Origin: a plasmid | DNA: 4,315 nucleotides | Strand: one strand, 5' to 3' | NCBI RefSeq assembly: GCF_056746865.1 | Contig: NZ_JBWKMP010000008.1 | Part shown: positions 1-4,315 of the stretch, piece by piece | How positions within the stretch are numbered: the first letter of the stretch is position 1 | How the letters are laid out: every line of letters starts with the position of its first letter | Notes under the pieces: generated by a model | The model's database searches: none | Told to the model about the DNA's origin: nothing | Seen by the model: only the letters and a program-made list of their open reading frames with translations | Made by a program: the position numbers and the translations under genes

Positions 1-170
1 CAGGTATCCGGTAAGCGGCAGGGTCGGAACAGGAGAGCGCACGAGGGAGCTTCCAGGGGGAAACGCCTGGTATCTTTATAGTCCTGTCGGGTTTCGCCAC
101 CTCTGACTTGAGCGTCGATTTTTGTGATGCTCGTCAGGGGGGCGGAGCCTATGGAAAAACGCCAGCGGCG
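1..170 (+). ncRNA. RNAII: 3' part of the ColE1-type RNA II replication primer, ending at the RNA-to-DNA transition (origin) around 160-170; continues from the end of the window across the circular junction
   Basis: Near-identical to the pBR322/pMB1 origin sequence as I remember it (ggtatccggtaagcggcagggtcggaacaggagagcgcacgagggagcttccagggggaaacgcctggtatctttatagtcctgtcgggtttcgccacctctgacttgagcgtcgatttttgtgatgctcgtcaggggggcggagcctatggaaaaacgccagc). Exact origin nucleotide is placed by analogy, not measured. Confidence 0.85.
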
Positions 171-415
171 CGGCCTTTTGTCCTGGCTTTGCCTTTTTGC
201 TCACATGTTCTTTCCGGCCTTATCCCCTGATTCTGTGGATAACTGTGTTACCGTTTTTGTGTGAGTCAGTACCGCTCGCCGCAGCCGAACGACCGAGCGT
301 AGCGAGTCAGTGAGCGAGGAAGCGGAAAAGCGCCTGGACGTGCATTTTCTCCTTACGCATCTGTGCGGCATTTCACACCCGGCATGGGGCACTTTTCATA
401 CAATCTGCACTGATG
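171..415. other. Region downstream of the ColE1 origin, homologous to the pBR322 segment between ori and bom (lagging-strand initiation / primosome assembly area by analogy)
   Basis: Recognisable collinear similarity to pBR322 (ctcacatgttctttcc...ccgctcgccgcagccgaacgaccgagcg.agcgagtcagtgagcgaggaagcgga...ttctccttacgcatctgtgcgg.atttcacacc). Functional sub-sites not resolved. Confidence 0.5.
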
Positions 416-520
416 CCGCATGGTTAAGCCAGTATACACTCCGCTGTCGCTACGCGACTGGGTCAGGGCTTCGCCCCGACACCCGCTGACGCGCCCTGGC
501 GGGCTTGTCTGCTGCCGAAA
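415..520. other. bom / oriT-like site (basis of mobility) of ColE1 type, including the presumed nic region near 421-441
   Basis: ccgcatggttaagccagtatacactccgctgtcgctacgcgactgggtcagggcttcgccccgacacccgctgacgcgccctggcgggcttgtctgc is collinear with the pBR322 bom region lying between ori and rop. No relaxase/mob gene in the window. Confidence 0.7.
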
Positions 521-559
521 ACGCTCGCGGACAAGCCGTGAGCGCCTCCGTCAGCTTCG

Positions 560-754
560 TTATGTTCCTGTTTCACTTTCAGTCTCAAAGCGAACCTGGA
601 TGCTGTTCTGGAGTTCTTCCGCGAGTTCGTGCAGTCGTTCGCACATGGCCGCCTGTTCGTCGGCATCCAGAGCATCCAGTTTTTCAAGCAGTGTCAGGCT
701 CTGGCTTTTGATAAATCGCGCCATATTCAGCGCAGTTTGTTGCTGTTTGTTCAC
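560..754 (-). CDS. rop: Rop/Rom, the RNA I-RNA II pairing modulator protein (64 aa, GTG start)
   Basis: Translation MNKQQQTALNMARFIKSQSLTLLEKLDALDADEQAAMCERLHELAEELQNSIQVRF... aligns by eye with pBR322 Rop (MTKQEKTALNMARFIRSQTLTLLEKLNELDADEQADICESLHDHADELYRSCLARF...). GTG start as in pBR322 rop. GGAG/GGAAG motif just upstream on the - strand. Position and orientation relative to ori match pBR322. Confidence 0.92.
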   Translation of the reverse strand: MNKQQQTALNMARFIKSQSLTLLEKLDALDADEQAAMCERLHELAEELQNSIQVRFETESETGT

Positions 755-880
755 CTTCCGTTGTTCTCCGTCAGTACCGGGTGTCGGGTGGACCCTGACC
801 AGGTGGTAATTGTAAGACGTTGCGGGCGACGGTATTACAATTGCACATCCTGTCCTGTTTTTTTAGGACGTATCATGGCA
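755..880 (-). promoter_or_regulatory. Candidate rop promoter/leader region containing an inverted repeat TAATTGTAA(806-815)...TTACAATT(834-842); TACAAT-like -10 on the - strand
   Basis: Inverted repeat and a TACAAT hexamer read on the - strand. No convincing -35 at canonical spacing, so promoter assignment is tentative. Confidence 0.3.
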
Positions 881-1111
881 CAGCATATCAACTGATAAAT
901 AATCCCTGTGCAGTGCAGCCGCTGTTGCATAAAATTTCGCTCTGCGTCGAGTGTTTCTTAATCAATAATTCCGCTGATACTCCGGAAAAACGCGAGTCTG
1001 TTCTCATGCCTGAAATGCCCACACCCCACGCAAAAACAATTTTTTGCTGATTTTTCTTTATAAATAGAGAGTTATGACAAATTAGTTCTTCTTGCTCTCT
1101 TTGTGATATTT

Positions 1112-1160
1112 AAAAAAGCGGTGTCGGCGCGGTGTTGTAGCTGCGCCAACACCGCTTTTT
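1112..1160. terminator. Strong bidirectional rho-independent terminator: 13-bp stem gcggtgtcggcgc / gcgccaacaccgc with one mismatch, 12-nt loop, A6 upstream and T5 downstream
   Basis: Seen directly: aaaaaa-gcggtgtcggcgc-ggtgttgtagct-gcgccaacaccgc-ttttt. A/T runs on both sides allow termination in either direction. Confidence 0.75.
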
Positions 1161-1275
1161 AGGGGTGGTACTGACTATTTTCATAAAAAACATCATTTTA
1201 TATTAGGGGTGCTGCTAGCGGCGCGGTGTGTTTTTTTACAGGACGCCCCTGGGGGCGCTGCTAGGGGTGTCTGTT
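1160..1275. repeat. Repeat-rich, potentially structured spacer: TAGGGGTG x3 (1161-1168 as aggggtgg, 1204-1210, 1262-1269), GCTGCTAG x2 (1211-1218, 1257-1264), CGGCGCGGTGT x2 (1125-1135, 1219-1229), long-range inverted repeat ctagcggcgc(1215-1224)/gcgctgctag(1255-1264)
   Basis: Words found by reading the sequence. No ORF of 60 aa or more on either strand here. Function unknown. Confidence 0.5.
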
Positions 1276-1289
1276 CAGATATGTAGCAA

Positions 1290-1520
1290 TGAGTCAGGGA
1301 TTCACGAACTGAAAATGTCCGAAAATGTGTCTCATGGGCACCGTATGCGCCCAAACCGATCGCCATTCACTTTCATGCATAGCTATGCAGTGAGCTGAAA
1401 GCGATCCTGACGCATTTTTCCGGTTTTCGCTTGGTAAAACATCTCTTTTTGCGGTGTTCGCGGCAGAATCGCGTTCAGCGCGTTTTAGCGGTGCGCGTAA
1501 TGCGACGTTATGGTAAATGA
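1290..1520. other. cer-like plasmid multimer resolution site: accessory region with ArgR-box-like palindrome (about 1376-1393, atgcatagctatgcagtg) and XerC/XerD core at 1490-1518 (GGTGCGCGTAA-tgcgacg-TTATGGTAAAT)
   Basis: Core arms match the Xer family (dif GGTGCGCATAA / TTATGTTAAAT; ColE1 cer GGTGCGTACAA / TTATGGTAAAT as I recall). Flanking gcgttcagcgcgttttagcggtgcg resembles ColE1 cer. ARG-box-like dyad lies about 110 bp upstream, the expected geometry. Confidence 0.75.
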
Positions 1521-1535
1521 GGCTGTTGAGTTATT

Positions 1536-1564
1536 AATGTTATGTCGTAATGTACGTATATAAT
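1536..1564 (+). promoter_or_regulatory. Candidate sigma70 promoter for the small ORF: consensus -10 TATAAT (1559-1564), weak -35 (ttaatg, 1536-1541)
   Basis: Perfect TATAAT hexamer within gtacgtatataattc. The -35 is weak. Inferred from sequence only. Confidence 0.4.
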
Positions 1565-1650
1565 TCAGGCGAAGATGAGAAAAGATGAATAGATCTGATA
1601 TGAATTACCATGATTACTCATGGACGGCTGTACAAGGAGATAATCCACGA

Positions 1651-1878
1651 ATGACTAAGCTAGATGCCACGCGCTTTAGCCGTCATGAGGGTTATGAGGT
1701 GTTAGATTTGATTAATTCCTTCCAGGCCAAAGGGGGTGGTGCTCTGACGCTAAAATCACAGCAGATTATCGAGTGGATGCTACATGAACGCCTGCCATCC
1801 AATATCCAGGGGCGAGCTCAGGTTAAAGCGTGGGTGGTTGATAACTTCTCGCAAATGAAGGATGGTTATCCATTCTGA
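1651..1878 (+). CDS. Small hypothetical protein (75 aa from ATG 1651; the in-frame ORF extends to ATG 1585, giving 97 aa), function unknown
   Basis: Strong Shine-Dalgarno AAGGAGA (1634-1640) 10 nt before ATG 1651. Clean intrinsic terminator immediately downstream. I do not recognise the family and see no obvious helix-turn-helix signature. The longer 1585 start has a weaker RBS. Confidence 0.55.
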   Translation: MTKLDATRFSRHEGYEVLDLINSFQAKGGGALTLKSQQIIEWMLHERLPSNIQGRAQVKAWVVDNFSQMKDGYPF

Positions 1879-1879
1879 T

Positions 1880-1906
1880 AAAAAGCCCGCTACAGCGGGC
1901 TTTTTC
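1880..1906 (+). terminator. Rho-independent terminator after the small ORF: stem agcccgc / gcgggct, loop taca, T-run; A-run upstream
   Basis: Seen directly: aaaaa-agcccgc-taca-gcgggct-tttt(t), starting 2 nt after the stop codon. Confidence 0.8.
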
Positions 1907-2015
1907 ATGAGCTGTGCTCAATGAGGCATTATGGTAAATTGTTATGGAGTGGGCATGTCTGTATATGATGCCTGGTGGTATGATTTTGTTTGTAACACTG
2001 GAAGGTTGTTGGAAT
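1907..2015 (+). promoter_or_regulatory. Upstream region of the endonuclease gene, containing TTATGGTAAAT (1929-1939; identical to the cer XerD arm, and readable as an extended -10 TGgTAAATT) and RBS GGAAGG (2000-2005)
   Basis: Sequence reading only. The promoter is not experimentally defined. Confidence 0.35.
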
Positions 2016-2939
2016 ATGGATTTAACAAATATTGAATTTATTAATGATGCCGCAATAAATAGGAGGCGTTACTGGACTAATGAAATTGTCAAATTAAGTG
2101 GGCATTTTGTTAATGACTCCAGTAGGGTTGAGGAGGAAATTATTTATGAAGTTTCCAAATCTGGATCTCAGGCTTTATTGGACCACCTTCGATTATGCAC
2201 AGCCATTCCTGAATCATATGAGCATGATTCAAGCGAAGAAAAGTTATATTCAAAGTATACAGACGCATTGATTTCTGAATGTTTTAAGTTTTTTGGTTTG
2301 AATAGCATTGTGTTAACTGAGAGGGCTGATGCGGCAGATGTAGAAGTTGTATGTGATAGTTATTCTTTTGTTGCTGATGCTAAAGTTTTTCGGTTAAGTC
2401 GAACAGCTAAAAATCAGAAAGATTTTAAAGTTCAAGCAATGGATGGTTGGAGGAATACTAAAGATTTCGCCATGGTTGTTTGTCCAATATATCAGCTTCC
2501 AGTTAAATCAAGTCAAATATATCAACAAGCTATTCTTCGCAATGTGTGTGTGTTTACTTATACTCATTTAGCTGTTCTGGTAAAGTATGCTGACATTGTT
2601 GGTAGTGATGTTAGGATATTGTTAGAGGAAATATTCAGATCTGTCATACTCATGAATCCAAGTAAGGATAGTGTGCAGTACTGGACTATGATTAATAGAA
2701 CGATGTTGAATTATGATAAGAGAATAGAAAAACTTTGGATTGATGAGCGAATTGCTACATCAGAGGGTATCTATGTGCTGAAAAAGATGGCAATAGAATA
2801 CCTCTCTTCCGAGAGAGGTAGAATTCTAAGCATGAGCAGAGAAGAGGCTGTAAGAGCTTTGATTAAAATGAATAAAATTGAAAGTAGAATTGAGCAGATT
2901 AAAAAAGTGACAGATAATAATATTCTGTCACTTAAATAA
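2016..2939 (+). CDS. Type II restriction endonuclease, HindIII family (predicted AAGCTT specificity); 307 aa from ATG 2016, with the open frame extending upstream to 1944
   Basis: Translation contains ...SFVADAKVFRLSRTAKNQKDFKVQAMDGWR..., which matches my memory of the HindIII catalytic region (ADAKSFRLSRTAKNQKDFKV, PD-D/ExK active site), plus further collinear similarity (EEKLYSK..., SREEAVRALIK...). Length is close to HindIII (300 aa). Start at 2016 is preferred because the 24 upstream codons look non-native. This would correspond to the EcoVIII-type enzyme if my recollection of pEC156 is right (unverified). Confidence 0.88.
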   Translation: MDLTNIEFINDAAINRRRYWTNEIVKLSGHFVNDSSRVEEEIIYEVSKSGSQALLDHLRLCTAIPESYEHDSSEEKLYSKYTDALISECFKFFGLNSIVLTERADAADVEVVCDSYSFVADAKVFRLSRTAKNQKDFKVQAMDGWRNTKDFAMVVCPIYQLPVKSSQIYQQAILRNVCVFTYTHLAVLVKYADIVGSDVRILLEEIFRSVILMNPSKDSVQYWTMINRTMLNYDKRIEKLWIDERIATSEGIYVLKKMAIEYLSSERGRILSMSREEAVRALIKMNKIESRIEQIKKVTDNNILSLK

Positions 2940-3854
2940 TTATTTGTTTAATCTCTTTATACTGGTCTCTACATATGTAGGGTTTATTTCGAAACCAATA
3001 TAATCCCTACCTAAATCTTTCGCTGCTACCAATGTAGAACCACTGCCACTAAAAGGGTCAATGACTAATTGACCTTTTTGTGTTGTTAATTCTATAAGTG
3101 TTTTCATTAAGGCTACAGGTTTTTGTGTTGGGTGTAATCCACTTTCATTGCTGGAAAATCCAGCTGTAATGACATTTTCAGGTTTGCCATTTCTTGCTAC
3201 AAATGCATCTTGATTATAAGCACCGACACCATGAATAATTGCATTATCTGCAATTGTGCCGCCAATTTTATATGGTTTAGAGAACCATAGTATGGGTTCA
3301 AAGGTTGGTTGTAGATTTCCAACTCGCCATCCATTCCATTTTTCTGCGTTTAATGTATCCCCGCGCCTTTCGTAAACGCAACTCAACCTTTGGGCTCTGT
3401 GAGGGGCTTTTACTCTCATCCATGCAATTATATCGCGAAGATTGAATCCAGCATCTTCCATTGCACATATGCATCGATGAGAAAATCTTCTGCCTGCAAA
3501 AATAATTGCACTGGCACCTGGTTTTAATACTCTGAACCATTCAGTAGCCCATTCTTCACACCATTGCTGATATTCTAATGGTATTTTCTTATCAGCCTCT
3601 GACCATCCATTTATTGGTTTTCCTCTTTTTTTAAAAATAGCACCTGCGTTTTTCTGCGCAGGGCTTGAACCTAGGTATGCGTTATTTGAGTTATTATGTA
3701 GCACATCCCAGTCTTCTGCTCCTATCCCATAAGGGATATCACTGAGTATTAAATGTGCATATTGTGATGGGAGTTTTTTTATTAATGATATCGAGTTACC
3801 ATTGGTAACGGTATTCTTTTTTATTTCATCAGGTAATTGGATCTTGTTTAACAT
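2940..3854 (-). CDS. DNA methyltransferase, beta-class (motif IV near the N-terminus, motif I near the C-terminus), amino-methyltransferase (N6-adenine by analogy to M.HindIII); 304 aa
   Basis: Motifs seen in the translation: LILSDIPYG (motif IV, DPPY-like), HPTQKP, VIDPFSGSGSTLVAA (FxGxG AdoMet-binding motif I). RBS AGGAA upstream of ATG at 3854 on the - strand. Convergent partner of the HindIII-like endonuclease. Confidence 0.9.
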   Translation of the reverse strand: MLNKIQLPDEIKKNTVTNGNSISLIKKLPSQYAHLILSDIPYGIGAEDWDVLHNNSNNAYLGSSPAQKNAGAIFKKRGKPINGWSEADKKIPLEYQQWCEEWATEWFRVLKPGASAIIFAGRRFSHRCICAMEDAGFNLRDIIAWMRVKAPHRAQRLSCVYERRGDTLNAEKWNGWRVGNLQPTFEPILWFSKPYKIGGTIADNAIIHGVGAYNQDAFVARNGKPENVITAGFSSNESGLHPTQKPVALMKTLIELTTQKGQLVIDPFSGSGSTLVAAKDLGRDYIGFEINPTYVETSIKRLNK

Positions 3855-3912
3855 CTAAATTCCTGCTCTTTCATAGCTTTAAAAACACGCTGATAGTATA
3901 CGTTAAAGTACC
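3855..3912 (-). promoter_or_regulatory. Candidate promoter/leader of the methyltransferase gene (-10-like TATACT, + strand 3895-3900), immediately adjacent to the RNA I terminator and RNA II promoter
   Basis: TATACT hexamer read on the - strand. No convincing -35. Placement is inferred. Confidence 0.3.
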
Positions 3913-3948
3913 TTGACGCAGGATTACCTTTCATCGTAGCCTTTCTGA
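3913..3948 (+). promoter_or_regulatory. RNA II promoter (-35 TTGACG 3913-3918; -10 candidate TAGCCT about 3937-3942)
   Basis: Position equivalent to the pBR322 RNA II promoter just upstream of the aaaaaacc...RNA I terminator sequence. The -10 assignment is approximate. Confidence 0.55.
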
Positions 3949-4053
3949 AAAGAAAAAACCGCCTTGCAGGGCGGTTTTTTCAAGGTTCAAAGAACTTGCA
4001 GGTTTTTGAACCACGGTAACTGGCTTTGTGGGAGCGCAGTCACCAAAATCTGT
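3949..4053 (-). ncRNA. RNAI: RNA I, the antisense copy-number control RNA (about 105 nt), complementary to the 5' end of RNA II
   Basis: 5' end placed by analogy with pBR322 RNA I (acagtatttggtatctgcgc... corresponds here to the reverse complement of gcgcagtcaccaaaatctgt). 3' end at the shared terminator hairpin. Confidence 0.8.
3953..3980 (-). terminator. RNA I terminator hairpin (aaaaaa-ccgcc-ttgcag-ggcgg-tttttt), which also forms the 5' stem-loop of RNA II
   Basis: Seen directly; equivalent to the pBR322 aaaaaaaccaccgctaccagcggtggtttgttt element. Confidence 0.8.
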
Positions 4054-4057
4054 TCTT

Positions 4058-4092
4058 TCAGTTTAGCCTTAACTGGCAAGAAACTTCAAGAC
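4058..4092 (-). promoter_or_regulatory. RNA I promoter (on the - strand: -35 TTGAAG = + strand 4084-4089; -10 CTAAAC = + strand 4061-4066)
   Basis: Same arrangement and near-identical hexamers to the pBR322 RNA I promoter as I recall it (TTGAAG...17 bp...CTACAC). Confidence 0.6.
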
Positions 4093-4315
4093 CAACTCCC
4101 ATAAAACCGTTACCAGTGGCTGCTGCCAGTGGCGTTAAGGCGTGTCTTACCGGGTTGGACTCAAGACGATAGTTACCGGATAAGGCGCAGCGGTCGGGCT
4201 GAACGGGGGGTTCGTGCACACAGCCCAGCTTGGAGCGAACGACCTACACCGAACTGAGATACCAACAGCGTGAGCTATGAGAAAGCGCCACGCTTCCCGA
4301 AGGGAGAAAGGCGGA

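Larger units (their letters stand above)
3949..4315 (+). ncRNA. RNAII: 5' part of the ColE1-type RNA II replication primer (continues into positions 1-170 across the circular junction)
   Basis: Collinear with pBR322/pUC RNA II: ...ggtaactggc...agcgcag...ccaaa..ctgttctt...cttcaag...gttaccagtggctgctgccagtggcg.taag.cgtgtcttaccgggttggactcaagacgatagttaccggataaggcgcagcggtcgggctgaacggggggttcgtgcacacagcccagcttggagcgaacgacctacaccgaactgagatacc.acagcgtgagctatgagaaagcgccacgcttcccgaagggagaaaggcgga. Confidence 0.88.

Noticed and set aside
201-392. 63-aa ORF on the - strand
   Set aside because: Lies entirely within the conserved ColE1 origin-proximal noncoding region, with no RBS or recognisable similarity. 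Spurious ORF in GC-rich DNA.
420-895. Overlapping ORFs 420..809 (+), 463..687 (-), 505..711 (+), 629..895 (+)
   Set aside because: All overlap bom and rop. Only the 560..754 (-) frame gives a product recognisably similar to Rop. The others are frame artefacts of GC-rich sequence.
820-1050. 76-aa ORF on the + strand
   Set aside because: TTG start with no Shine-Dalgarno, and a product with no recognisable features. The region is more plausibly the rop promoter/leader and spacer. Not called, though a small protein cannot be excluded without expression data.
1585-1878. Small ORF as the controller (C) protein of the R-M system
   Set aside because: C proteins are typically about 80-aa helix-turn-helix proteins encoded immediately upstream of, and co-transcribed with, the endonuclease gene. 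Here a strong terminator separates the small ORF from the endonuclease gene and I cannot recognise an HTH motif. Left as hypothetical.
1944-2015. N-terminal extension of the endonuclease ORF (MEWACLYMMPGGMILFVTLEGCWN)
   Set aside because: Cys/Trp/Met-rich and unlike the rest of the protein. It would make the protein longer than HindIII. ATG 2016 has an upstream GGAAGG and gives a HindIII-like length. Treated as 5' leader, though the true start needs experimental confirmation.
2934-2945. Palindrome AAATAATTATTT as an intrinsic terminator
   Set aside because: The stem would be AT-only with no real loop, so it is too unstable to act as a rho-independent terminator. Kept only as a symmetry observation at the gene junction.
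3298-3540. 80-aa ORF on the - strand
   Set aside because: Lies inside the methyltransferase gene in a different frame on the same strand. No independent signals; frame artefact.
1-4315. Absence of AAGCTT (the predicted target site) anywhere in the plasmid
   Set aside because: My manual scan found no AAGCTT, but about one site is expected by chance in 4.3 kb, so absence is not statistically meaningful evidence of site avoidance. Should be rechecked by exact string search.
1-4315. CRISPR arrays, tRNA/rRNA genes, transposase or IS elements
   Set aside because: No regularly spaced direct repeats, no tRNA-like cloverleaf candidates, and no long terminal inverted repeats or transposase-like ORFs were seen on either strand.

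Overview
The window reads as a complete, circularly permuted small ColE1/pMB1-type plasmid: its last bases (...gggagaaaggcgga) and first bases (caggtatccggtaagcgg...) join into one contiguous RNA II/origin sequence that I recognise from pBR322. The backbone carries the replication control region (RNA II primer, antisense RNA I, origin), a bom/oriT-like site with no mob genes, rop (GTG start, 64 aa), a bidirectional terminator, a repeat-rich structured spacer, and a cer-like XerCD multimer resolution site with an ArgR-box-like palindrome. The cargo is an AT-rich Type II restriction-modification module: a HindIII-family endonuclease (+ strand) and a beta-class DNA methyltransferase (- strand), arranged tail-to-tail with abutting stop codons. 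One small ORF (75-97 aa) of unknown function sits between cer and the endonuclease gene. From memory, and unverified here, this matches the published EcoVIII (AAGCTT) system on the natural E. coli plasmid pEC156. I do not see a system I can defend as previously undescribed. The least explained parts are the small ORF, a second copy of the XerD-arm 11-mer in front of the endonuclease gene, and the repeat block at 1160-1275. All calls rest on reading the sequence and remembered family motifs; no searches were run.
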